Source: Orbicella franksi
Taxonomy: Eukaryota
Direction of reading: 5' to 3'
Assembly (NCBI GenBank): GCA_964199315.1
Contig: OZ116700.1
Coordinates: forward strand, 33,046,001 to 33,110,000
Length of the DNA: 64,000 nt
Shown: positions 14,201-27,700 of the stretch, in pieces
How the letters are laid out: every line of letters begins with the position of its first letter
How positions within the stretch are numbered: position 1 is the stretch's first letter
Notes under the pieces: model-generated
What the model was told of the DNA's origin: nothing
Databases searched by the model: none
Seen by the model: only the letters and a program-made list of their open reading frames with translations
Position numbers and translations under genes: made by a program

Positions 14201-17200
14201 GTGAACAACTGTTTTCAGTGTTTACCAAACCACTGAAAAGAAAAACTAGGAATTGTTACTACTCTTAGTGTTGTTGTTGTTAGTAGAAGTGTCCTATACA
14301 AGCCGATGTACTTACCAGCTAAAACCTTCTCCATGACTTTTTCAGCCAGTTCTCCTGGTTCTACGGTTTTTGGAACTTCAAAGTCAGTTTTAGGATTGTT
14401 AACAAGCGCAAAGGTTAGAACAGGAATGCCTTTCTTGTTTAAGTCCTCAATGGCTTTATCTACATCTTCAGGATTATCGTATGAGGCATCATCGGTCAGG
14501 AGGACAAGAATCTTTTTCGCCGACGGACGAACACTTGAACCTCTAATAACCTGCATGACCTCTTCCAAGGTTCGCTTGGTGTCAGGACGCCCCGTGGCTC
14601 TCCGCGATTGCTCAATGAAATATTTCAAGCTTTCACGGCTGGGAAAGTTTGTTTTGAAGTCAAAAACGATGTTAGCAATGGCACCATACACGATGAAGCT
14701 GTAACGCACCGTGTATATTCCGTACGTGTCTGTTATAATCTCCACAGCATCTTTCATGCGCTGAAAGGTGTCTTCTGCATTTCCTGTTGTAGCTGTTAGA
14801 GCGAATACCACATCGATCTCTGGTACTTTCGGGCGTTCTGTAAGAGAGATAGCTGTGTCATAAAGAACAAAGTTAAAGTCATGTGGTAACTCACAGCAAC
14901 CAATACAATAATCCTTCGATGGCTCTAAAACCCTTATCTAAGCAGTCCTAGCTGGTCTCCAAACGTATTATTCGTCAATGAGATTTAATCAGGAGCCATC
15001 ATCGGGGACGGAGACCGTAAGCCTTGGGATCTGCGCGCACCTATGATATGGGACAATTTTTCTATTTTTAGAACAAATTGCGCCATCCTGACGTCACATA
15101 TCCGCGCGGATCCACGCACATGTCGGGGGCTCTCGCGGGGATGTTGTCACGTTGCGTGATCAAATGGTTAGAGTTGAGAGACCTTGAGAGATTATCTTGC
15201 GTATTTTTCACAGCGATGGCAGGGAATAAGGCAGGGAATACGAACCAGGGCGCTTATATGTAGTTTTATGCTCTGAGCTAACAGAAAAGGTGGGTTTTTC
15301 AGGGTCGAAAACAAGAATTCAATCTCGCGCTGGGAATGAATAATAAGATCTGCTTGCGCTAGTTGTAAGCTTACGCGTATGTTTTTGCGTTTGTTCTGAC
15401 TTAAGAATATAGCAAGAAAACTTTCTACTCTGGTATCGAGTTAATTTGTGAGTTTCTCAGAGAATGGTTAATCATAACCAAAACCTGTTTTGATGGTTTC
15501 TTATTGTTTGTGCTTGTTTGGTGAGTTTGCAAGAGTTTTTGAAAGGAAAGTCTAACGCGTACAGCTCACCATAGTGCAGCTCGTGCACTTTCAAGTCCGA
15601 GTCGGTGTTTTCAAGTGTCAACAAATCTTGACAAAGATTTCTTTCTTTATCTTTTGTGCTGAGATGCTGCAACAAATTTCACGAACGCAAAAAAGGCTAC
15701 TAACATCATGTGTGTTTCTTCAACATAAGCATAGTGAAGTTTTACACTGCGAAAATGAAAATAGACAAGGAGTTTTGATAACTCGATCAACAAAATCGAA
15801 ATCGTTATTCGAAGTTGATTAAAGAAAGCGTCATCGTAACTTTGCTGATTATTTCTGCTTTATTCACATATTTTCAGCTTAGCTTTTAATATGTTCTCAA
15901 ACATTTATCAATCTTAAACATATTTAAAAAATATAGAGTTATTGTTTGAGTTCGATGTACGATTTCACACGAAAGTGCGGCGGAAGTACAATTTGTCATG
16001 TTTACTGACTGTACAAAACACGCATCGGCGGGCGCTCTCATTCATCGACAACAGAGAATTTACTGGATTTTTACACGAATAAAACTGAGCAGTTTCTACG
16101 GACGTAAAGTTATTGGGCCTTGATGAAACATCAAGCGTTACTTACAATTCATGCGAAACTCAAACTGACCAAACTAGCAATTATTTTGTTTTACTTTTCA
16201 ATCGCGATAGACTAGCAAATTCCTCGCAAGCGTGTGGCAAGAGGAGCTAGGAAACTATGAAGTCCTGAAGCTCTGCTATATCTAAATATATCCAGCTAGT
16301 TTTTCGCTGTGTAATGGAAAAGCTGTTAATCTTCAACATATGTGAAATTTTAAGTGGAGTAATGTACAGCTCATGTAAAAGAAGCATCCGTCGGAACACA
16401 ACCTAGTCAGCGACATATATAAGCTTAAAGCGGAACATACCTAAATTCGACACTGTCTTACTTCACTCAAACTGGAGCAGCTTACGACGAAAATACTTAA
16501 GAAAAATTCCAACAGACGTAAACACGTTCAGTTGTGGGCCAAAAACATGACAAATTTCGGGAATTTCGGACGCCATTTCCCCCGCGCGACATCCACAAAA
16601 ATCCTCGCAGCATATACACGCGTGTGCCTCAGGCGATGGCGCAATTTGTTCTAAAAATAGAATTATTGTCCCATATCATGGGGACAACCCCAATACGAGA
16701 AATGGCGCGCGCTTACGGTCTCCGTCCCCGATTATGGCTCCTGATTTAATACTTTGTCAAAATTGTATACTTGGGTGATGACTTAACCTTTTTTTCACTA
16801 ATTTTTTTTTCTCGTGTCATCCATTTTGTTTTCCAGCAAGGCATTTGTCATTTTTAGTACTGCCATTACAAAGATAGGGTCTATCCACTTTTAGTATAAA
16901 TCTACTAGCGTTCTATCACGAATGCCGTTCTCTGATTGGCTACTCTATCCTCAATATCTATTCTGTTGTAGATAGTGAGTAGCCTAGCAGTTTGCGTCTT
17001 GGTGTGCACTTGTTAAAAAACTGCCGGCCCCTTCTTTAGGCTTTCGACGTGTCTGTGAAGAGGATTTACATAAAGTTTTGAATGGCTGCGCCCTCGCCCT
17101 CGCCCTCGCCCTCGCCCTCGCCCTCGCCCTCTAATTGTTGAAAATGCATAATTGTTGATGCATAATGCTACGCCAATATTAAATGCAACATCTGGTATTC

Positions 17201-20200
17201 TGCACTCAATGCCGACCTACAATACTCGACCAATACCTTTCAAAACCTTCTCCATGATCTTCCTTCCAAGATCGTCAGGATCAAGTACTTTGGAAATTGT
17301 GATGACGTCCGTCACATCAGGCGTAAGCTCTTCTAGTTCATTTCTGTCAGTCTCAGCACCAATCCCCAAGGGAATCACGGTCGCTCCCATATCCTCAAGC
17401 TTATTCGCTTCAAGTATGACATCATCAAGCTTGGAAGACGTCTTCTTGTCTGTGATCACAACCAGGACTTTGTGTGCGTCGCTTCGCGCTCCTGGTGATG
17501 TAAACACTTGTCCTGCAAGCTTCAGGGCTTCATCTAACACAGGGCCTCCCTTTAAGCGACGTAGGTTTGAGAACATTTCGTTCAGCTGTTCACTTGTAGC
17601 GTAAGAATCGAAGTCGATGACGGCCTGGGCATCGCTTCCAAAGAGGATGACAGCATAATGTATGTCGTTTGTACCATATTTCTCAGTGATAGAAGCGACT
17701 GCGTCTTGTGTCTTCTGGAACACTTCATCAGCACTAGAAGACACTGAACTTATGGCGATCACAAGATCAATCTTTGGAACCACAGGCGGAACTAAACATG
17801 GCAAAAAAAGAAACGAGCATGTTTTCTTAATAAAACCGCTAAAATCGCAGTACAAAGACCTTAAAAGGTTAAGAGCGTGTAAGGAAATCCAGCACAAGTC
17901 TCGCAGCCTCAACTGACCCATAACACACGTGATATTGCATGTGTTTCAGGAAACGTTTACGCCATTCATTGCTTTTGCAAAAAGGGTAGGCTAAAGCCTT
18001 CTTCTATGTGGTGTAAGTATTTTTAATATCGCAAAAATGTCATGATGCTTTCCTCTGCCCAAATCTGAAAAAAAGACTTATTTTTCGAAGGCCATATCCA
18101 CTTTTACGCAATGCTTACAAGCACTGCACCAGGGTGATACGCAAGCATACAAAATTCAATTATCTCGACAACGTAAAGCTGAAAAACTAGACATAACGTA
18201 AATAACAATAGTAACTGAAATAATGAAGAATTAAAACTTAGTTATCTTCTTCAATTGAAAATGGAGCACCAATATGTTACCCTTTGCTGATTGCCATGTC
18301 TTACAATGTTGGTTATGAGAATAACCTGGAAAGAAGGAAACATGTATCAGTGAGACAAAAGACAGAGGCACAAAATACCTGGCTGGAAAACTTTCTTCAT
18401 CAATTTTCTGGTCAATGAATCCTTGTCTGCATCCACCGGTACTGTGATTACATTGTTATTATCACCCGTGACATTAACAAGTTCATTGTTGTCGACATTT
18501 GCACCAATTCCCACGACTATCACCTTGACCTTCATCTGCTTCAGCGGGTCAGCGGCCGCGTCAATCTCCTCTTTAGTAGAATCTCCCTTCATGTCTGTCA
18601 TCACCACAAGTACCTTGGTAGCGTTTGCGCGCACTCCTGCACCTTTGAACGCTTTGGTGGCCTCCTCCAGAGCGACGTGAGGTGATGTCGGTGGATTGAT
18701 AACGGGCATGAATTCCACGAAGTTTTGCAGGTAGTCTTGATCCACTGGGTCAGTTGTGAAGCTGTATTTTGTGGAGGCTTCAGAGCCATAGATAATAAAA
18801 CTGTAGTGTATGTCCCTCGTGCCATAGTCTTCAATAATCTCTTTTATCACATCCCTCATCAATTTGATGGAGCTCCGAGACTGTAACGAGGAAGCACTGA
18901 GAGCAAATGCAAGGTCAACTGGTGGTGGTCTTCGTGTTTCTGTAAACATGAAATGATTTTAAGCGTTTTTCTATCAATTCTGCATGCAGTTTTACTAAAT
19001 GAAAAGACAAAACAAGGGGAACTAGAAAACGGTAGGAAGCTAAGGGCGGAAAAACATTTTTCAAAATCATTGATAATTCATCAAGTTTACTCACACGAAA
19101 TCATGACCGTGTCGGTGTTTGAATATCTGAACTTAACTACCATAGATTTTACGATTTATTTCTCCGTTTTCTCCCGAGTTTCCGTTTTGATCGCGAAGAT
19201 ATATCAAACATTCAAGACTGTGTTTGATCAAACAAATACCCCGCAAAGTTCGTCAAAGTTCGTCAAAAATACTCCCCTGCGCGTCGTATTTTCAACTCTC
19301 TTCTCGGTGTTTCGAAATGTGGTCAAGCATGGTCTTTCCTGTTTGATATATTACGTAACACCACTAGCTTCTTAACCACAAACTGACGCAAACGTCAACA
19401 GACGTACGTGGGTCAAAACTAATTGTAAAATCTTTCAAAGTTCACATTTAAAAATGAAATTCAATAGAGTGCATGTTAACAAGATTCTGTCACGCCGTAC
19501 CATTAATTTTCGCCATAATCAACACCATCAAATTATCAGGGTCTTCTTCCTCATCAACAAGAATCACATTGTCCTTGTTAATTGTTATTATGTTAAGCTC
19601 TTTATCATTAACTTGATCTCCAACACCAACAGGAATGACCACGATCCCAGACTCCTCTAGAGGCTTGGCAGCTTTTTCAACATCGTCTTCTCTCTCCCCA
19701 GACCTCTTATCCGTGATGACAACAAGCACGTGGGTAGCGTCCTTACGGACCCCGCTGTCTTGGAATGCGTTCTTAGCAGCTTTAAGGGCTTCAGTAAGGG
19801 AGGAGCCTCCGGTGCGAAGAGGCAGAGCTCCGATGGATGTCTTCAACTGATCAAGACTGGAATATTTCTCACTGAATCGTATGATGATACTGGCGGAATC
19901 CGAGAACAAAATGATGCTATATCGCAAGCTTCCCGTTCCATGCTTGTCCACAATACGCTGAACTGTATCCTTCATTAAGCTGAATGTTTTATTAGCAGAT
20001 ATCCCAGACGCACTCAGAGCAAAGGCGATATCAATGGGTAGGAACTTGGCTGCAAAATGTAAATGACAGGGTATGTAATGCAGCAGTATAGAAATAATTT
20101 TCATTTTCTACTCTTGTGGTATTCAACAATAAACATGTTTTATTATAGATTCAATTGAATGTCGTTAAACCAAAACCAACCAAAAGGCCGTTTCCCAATT

Positions 20201-21722
20201 ACCTTTAACCTCTTTCTCAAAGCGAGTCTCAGTGCCCATCCTCTGACATGAAAATGAGATTTCACTGACACGCAAATTAAACTCATTTTCATATGGATGG
20301 TTGTGCACTAGGCCTCGCTTTGATAGAGAGGCTTAACGTAACTCGGAAATGGACTTTTACTTACCAATTAGACTACCCAGCCAATTCCAAACCGTGGTAA
20401 AACCAAATTAATTGCCCGATTACTTTAGGCTCTCAATTGAAACCGCTCTAACCTCGCCTAAACCAATGTAACTCTGAATAATACCTTCACACCTGCTGAA
20501 CTTTATAGCTAATTCGCTGTTAATCAAAAGTTCTACATCACAAGTACAGTCGAACCCCTATTAAGCGGCCAGCTATGAAACGGCCACCCCTATTAGGCGG
20601 CCAGCAATCGAAGTCCCAGTGATGGCTTTTCTATTGTTTCTACCTCTATTAAGCGGCCACAGTCCATTTCCCCGAGGGTGGCCGTTTAATAGGGGTTCCA
20701 CTGTAGTTCATTCAGACATGTTCTGACCTAAAATAGCTATCTAGTGTTGACTTACGTCTAATAACATGTTCCATGATTTGCTTCCCTAAAGTCTTGGGCT
20801 CTTCAGTCCTTGGTACCGTAATAACAAATCTCTCTGGATTGGTAGCCTCCAGTTCAGACGGGTCAGCTTCACCGCCTACTGCCACTGGTACTACCTTAAT
20901 ACCATCCTCGTCCAGGGGCTCGGCAGCTTTTTCAATATCTGTTAAACTTGAGCCAGATCTTTTATCAGTGATGACCACTAGAACCTTCCACGCGTTGGGT
21001 CTTGCAGAAGCAGATTCAAACACTCTTTTAGCCTCTTCCAGAGCTGAGATGACATCAGGGCCGCCGCGTCTTCTTGGAAGTTCCTGGACAAACTGTATCA
21101 GTTTATTTGGGGTGGAAATGCCGCCATCGAAGTCCAGTTCTATCTTGGCATCGTTACCAAACAGGATTACAGAATAACGCAGCTTTTCTGTCCCATAGTT
21201 GCTGATTATCCAGGCTATAGTATCTTTCATTAGTCTGAATGTCTGCCTGTAGTTCACGGAATTCGCACTTATTGCGAAAGCAACGTCCACTTCTGTCGAG
21301 ACGGGAGGGGGATCTGTCAGACAAAAGCGATGTCAGTAAGCATTTGCGGGAGGCGCGGTGGCCTCATGGTTAGTGCGCTCGTCTCCGGATCGAGCGGTCC
21401 GGGTTCGAGCCCTGACCGGGGACATTGTGTTGTGTTCTTGGGCAAGACACTTTACTCTCACAGTGCCTCTCTCCACCCAGGTGTATAAATGGGTACCGGC
21501 GAACTTAATGCTGGGGGTAACCCTGCGATGGACTAGCATCCCATCCAGGGGGGAGTAGAAATACTCCTAGTCGCTTCATGCTACAGAAACCGGGACAAGC
21601 TCCGGCCTGATGGGCCACTTGGCTCGCATGCAGACTTTATGACCGAGGAGTTGAACTAGAGTCTACTGAGAAACAACCCCATTTTAGTGACCAGAGCGGG
21701 ACTTGAACCCGCGGCCTCCGGA

Positions 21723-21755
<33 letters not shown>

Positions 21756-24700
21756 CTGCCGCCCCTGTCCCAAGACAGCGTAACAGCATGCACACAAACC
21801 TGTAATTATTAAGTTCAAAATCTCCGAAGAGAGCTTGTCAGGATTTTCGTCTGTAGGCGCATCAATAATATTGCCTGTGTGTGGCGTTACAAACGCTAAC
21901 TCTCTTGAACTAGACTCATCTCCTATGGATACCGCGATGATTTCCACTTCTTCGTTCTCCAGCTCAGCGGCTGCTGATCTAAGTGTCTTTTCATCTAAAC
22001 CCGAGCTCTTGTCTGTGAACACGAGAAGAACTTTCTTCGCATTTACTCGCACGCCATCTCCTTCAAATAAGACACTGGTGGCCTTTAGAGCCTGGTCGAG
22101 TACAGGTGAGGTAGGACTACCTGTAAAAAGATAAATTCATAATGTACATTTCCACATCTTATTTGGACTCCCCCCCCCCCCCCCACCTTCCCCCGCCTTC
22201 CCCACCAACCTCCCACGTTGAAATAAATAAACGATGCACCCTGGAGGCGCGTCAACTATTCTCAGTTGACGATGTTCTATATTCTCATCACCTCACTACT
22301 TCAAAATCCACCGATATTCAGTTGTAACGAGAACTTGGATGTTGATCGCCCTTTTGAATCAACGTACAATTATGAGCTCCGCTGTGCAGCCTATGTACAT
22401 GCTCGGTCAACCTAAATAGAAATAAACTAACTTTTAATCGCGGCAAATGAAAAAGCCACCGTAGTGGCATCCAAACTATCCCAGTAAGATACGAAAAGTG
22501 ATTAAGTCCTCATAAATGTTACCTTTAGGCTTCGGAAGAATGCTGATTTGCCCTTTAAATTCCTGGATGGTCAGTGCCTTATCTGAAAATTTCAGCATTG
22601 GTACAGCCCGCGTTCCATAGAGCACCACACTGTAATGAATTTTGGAGGTCCCGTATTTATCAACAATGGACTTCACAGTGTCCTTCATCAGCTTAAAGGA
22701 CTGATCTGACGCTGCAGACACTGCACACATAGCAACCACTAGGTCCACATCTTCTATTGGCAGCAACACAGCTAAAACAGGAAAAAAGACACTCTTAGTA
22801 GCGCTAACAGAGAAGAACGTTATGATGTAGCTATTCGCTTTGTCTCTATGTCTTCATTGTAATACTACTTGAATCGCACGGTTGTGCTTTTTGAAAATAT
22901 CAGTTTAAATAAAGCGCAACATGACGACACTTGAGTGTCTAAAGTAACTCGCATTTGCTTTGGTTTTGCGATTGGCTTAAAAGTCTCGCGCCACTTTGTC
23001 ATCCAATCAGAAGTAAAACCAAAACCAATCATGACTGTGCTCCCACACGTTTTCCCGCGCTTTGCGACGGCTATTTGTATTGGCTTTGACCTTGGATTGG
23101 TCCAATGGATTGACTGTGTAATTTGTGATTGGCCTCAGTAATTATTTTGGTTTTGGTATTACGACGCTAAACTGAATTCTGCTCTAGCATTGTACGATAT
23201 CCCTACGTTGAAAAGCTCTCTCCATAATCCTATTTCCCAAGGTGGAAGGGTCTACATCTCTAGGCGCTGAGATGACATCTTCTTCGTTCTGTGTGGCCTG
23301 CCCTAACTGTCCGGAGTCCGATACGATTCCAATGCCAACAGCAATAACGTGAATTCCTTTATTTTCTAAGGGCTTCGCCGCGGCTCTGATTTCTTCATCT
23401 GTAGAGCTGGAGCGATCGTCTGTTATTACCACTAAAACCTTAAAGCATAACAGAAGGAACATGCATCACAAAGCTATCGATAAAATTACCGTTTTATAAG
23501 GCGTGCTCTGTTTGGCTCCCTTCTTGCTCGGCAAACATAGCTATTATGTCTTGTAAAGTCCATCAAATATTTTCTCTCGTACGCGATTGGTCTAAACGCA
23601 GGTAAAACTGGGTAACATCCGTGTGATATTTGCCAATTTTCAAAACTGCGCGTGTTGCGAAAAATATTTGAAGTATGCTATACACTAGGGCTTCCATTTG
23701 GCGTGAAAATATGCTCAGATATTTTGTCCTTACCTTTTCTTCATAGCTCACAGTTGCGCTCTTCCGGAAACTGTTCGCTTCTCGGAACAGATAATGTCCG
23801 CGGGCAAATATCCGAGCATGTTTTCGCGCTAAATGGAGGCTATTGTTTATATATTTCAATTGTTATCACCTCAAACAAACTCAAATTCCGCCAACGTACT
23901 CTCGTGTTTACGTGAAGTTGTTAAAAAGAACACGCACTTTCGTCTTCTTGGTCAAATGGTACAACAAATCAATTTCACTAAGAATATTTTAGATCTATCA
24001 TGGTGAAGTGGCATACGGAGTAAGGCAGGTCTTGGGTTGTGACTCGCGCTGAAAGAGAGCTGGAGAGCAGGCTATTCGTATATCAAGACAGCAAAGATTG
24101 TAGTTGTAGCAGAGAGCCATGTGAAATATGAAGTGATACAAGTCACCTCCATCACAGTTCTGGACACCTACATGACACGTTTAAGAGGACATCGAAACAT
24201 TTACACCACAAGAAAAAAAAGCCTTGAAACGATAGAAATGGGTGATTACCTTCATAGCGTTTGGTCGAAGACCTGAGCCTTCAAAGACACCCTTGGCTGC
24301 ATTCAGTACACGATCCAAAACAGGTGGTCCTCTGCTAGCAGGCAAGCCCAGCACTAGCTGTTTAAGGTCCTCAGGGGATGGGTCCTCCGGACCAAATCTT
24401 TGTTCAATGATGGCATCCGTACCAAATGAGATCACTCCATATCTAATACTGCCTACACCGTAAGTGTTGATCACATACGCCAGAGTATCTTTCATTGTGC
24501 GGAGAGTTTCTATTGCGTTTCTTGAGGTGGCACCCACAGCGAAGATCACATCCACTTCCGGTACAACAGGCCCTTAATAATGATAACAATTAGTAATTAC
24601 GGGCATTTGAAACCCAATTCAGATTACTGTCTGAGGCCCCGTCCACAATACGGTGTTTTCACTCTACAAACACATCAAATGTTTTAGGTCCACACTAAGC

Positions 24701-27700
24701 CGGAGATTTTTGAAAACGGAACAATCACCGGCCTTTTTGGATTTGTGTTTGAGGAAACCTCGCGCAGGGAAATCACATGATTATCGTAACGCCATCGTTT
24801 TAAAAATGCTACGTTTTCAAAATAATTTCTGTCCTCACTAAAACGTAAAGCACGCGCTTTATAATCCTCCACTTTGAAGAGCGCTTTCGAAAAGCTCCGT
24901 TTACGTGACGGATTAGTGTGGACGGTAGGACTAACCGTAGAAACAAAGCTACGTTTTGAAATTTCTACTACGTAGTGTGCACGAAGCCTAATTAACAACA
25001 ATACTGCGAGATAAGCACCGCATTCTAAAACGTGAACAAGTATTTGAATTCGGCTGTCTTTTAGGACACAATGTAACCTGTGGGAGTCAAAAGCCTACAA
25101 TATAAGGTGTTTTAAAGCCAAAAATTCTAAAATAATTTTAATTTTATCGGTAACGCACACAATCGTGATCTATCAACGATTAGTATAAATCTACTGGCGT
25201 TCCATCACGAATGCTGTTCTCTGATTGGCTACGCTACTCACTATATATTCTGTGATAGATAGTGAGTAGCGTAGCAGTGTGCGCTTGTTAACAAAATGAC
25301 GGCTGCTTCTTTGCGTTTTCGAGGTATCTCTGAGGAGGATTTATATAAATTTTTGAACGACTAGTAGATTTATACTAAAACAATTACATTATTCGCTCTT
25401 GATTTCTAGCGTGATAGAAATCTCGAGCTCATAATCTAATTGCTTAATAGCAATCGATAACAGAACCAATCACATTCACGGATTTGAGAGACCACGATCA
25501 ACGTGTACAGGGTCGACTTAAACAGTCTCAAAGATATAAGGTAAATGTGACTTCCTCACATTACTACAGCAATATAAAACTTTCACGTGAAAAATAATCC
25601 AGCCGGCCCGGTAAACAATATAGCTGCATGAACCATCATTCTACGGTTTTTTTTTTGCTTGTTTGTTTGTTTGTTTGTTTGTTTTTTCACATGTTACTGG
25701 TAAATGGAAAATCTCGGACTTAACTTTACTCGGACTTTACTTTAATTCACTCGAGTCATGCAAGACTCGAGTTTTACTGACAAAGAAAGGGAAAATACCT
25801 TTCAAAACCTTTCGCATTATTGCTTCTCCGAGTTTGTCTGGTACGAAAACTTTTGGTGCTTCAATCAGGTTACTTTGGTCTTTTGTAGTCAAAATCAACT
25901 GTTTCAAGTCGGCTTCTTCTCCAATAGCCACTGGTATGACGTCAATGTAGTGTTCATACAACCTATTGGCTGTGCTATTGACACGTGATTCTGTAACACC
26001 AGACTTCTTGTCCATGATCACAACCAGAACCTTCCTCGCAGTCGGTCGAGCTCCTGCTTCTTGAAATAACTTGTCTGATTCATCGAGAGCTTTCTCAAGA
26101 TCAGGCCCTTTACGAAAGAAAAATCAAATATGTGTGTTAACAAGCAATTCAAGAAATGCTTTCAACGCACTACATTTCATCTTAGAGATTTCAAGTAACC
26201 GCGACGGCGACGGCGACGGCGACGCCGAGGTCAATGTCGATTAAAAAATGAATTTATATTTTACATACGAATCTCGCGATACTCTTAAGTCATTTAGCTT
26301 GTGTCTCACTGTCAAAACAATCTTTAAACTGAATCTGGAACACAGCCTTAAATTCAGAATAGAAATTAAAAAAAACTAGCTGTTGTGGTTCACTTTCTCC
26401 AGACAACGCAGAATGTTTCACGTGTTGTTTGGCAGAGGACAGCAAAGAAATGTACCAAGAATCATTACGTGCACAGCCATTGTACTGCTCGCAAAAACCT
26501 TTTGTTCAGTGACGTTCCCGTTGCCGTTGCTGTCGTGGTTTTCTTGAACTCTCTGTTTTATGTAATTTAAGAGGTCCTCGTTCCGTTCCTTACGTTGATC
26601 TTTGAGCACCCCATAGAGTTTGTTCCCCTCTCCTCCCGGGTTCCTACTCTCTTATCCCCTCCCCTCCCCCCACCACCCCTTTACTGTACCATCCACCCAA
26701 CAATGTAAACATCAAACCTGTGGAACTTCTAGGCATCATTTCCAGAAGTTTGATCAAGTCATCTTTGGAGAACGCCTCACGGCGGAAGTCCCTGAAACGA
26801 CTAGGTACACTGCCAAACGCCAGCAAACCATAATGAATCTTGTCCGTTCCATACTTGTTCACAATGTACTTAATTGTATCTTTGATGAGACTGAAAGTCT
26901 TGTCTGCATCAAGTCCAGTGGCGCTGAGGGCAAAGGCAAGATCAATCTCTGGTACTGGAGGCTCACCTAATAACAGTGAAAATCTAAATCAAATACATAT
27001 CGTTTCCGGTTACAAGATTTGCATAGCGACTGCATACTGTACAAGGACTTGACCTGAAATGATTGGCGAAGAAATTAGTTATTCCTTTTCTGGCCAGCAA
27101 GTGATACATTGTTACCAGTGGTCTGTTTGTTTGTTTGTTTGTTTGTTGGCTTGTTTGTTTNNNNNNNNNNNNNNNNNNNNNNNNNNNNNNNNNNNNNNNN
27201 NNNNNNNNNNNNNNNNNNNNNNNNNNNNNNNNNNNNNNNNNNNNNNNNNNNNNNNNNNNNNNNNNNNNNNNNNNNNNNNNNNNNNNNNNNNNNNNNNNNN
27301 NNNNNNNNNNNNNNNNNNNNNNNNNNNNNNNNNNNNNNTACCTCGAATCTTGTCCATGATCTTCTCACCAACCATCTTTGGATCTTCGTCTTTGTCAGTC
27401 TCGATAACATTTGTCTTGTCAGGCGTCGTATTTTCAAGTTCAACAGGGTCAGCTTCCTCTCCAACGGCCACAGCAATGACTTCAATATCCCTCTCCTCAA
27501 GAGTTCGGACAGCCTTCTTGATTTCATCTTCGGTAGACCCTGATCTACTATCCGCCATTATCACGAGAACTTTGTGAGTCAAGGGTCTTCTGTCGTCATC
27601 TTCAAACATTTTGAGTGCCTTCTCCAGTGCGCCAGCTAAGTTTGGTGTTCCTGTTCCAACGCGGAGCTTTTCTACCGCTGTCTTGAGCTGCTGTGGCGAC

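Noticed and set aside
15472-15822. ORFs inside the 1.76-kb transposon as transposase remnants
   Set aside because: They are short, with no DDE, Myb/SANT or zinc-finger motif recognisable.
21641-21760. Possible tRNA-Ser(TGA) gene (also tRNA-like heads at 3510-3583, 29253-29323 and 31460-31531)
   Set aside because: The acceptor stem and variable arm do not close, and the heads continue into shared SINE bodies.
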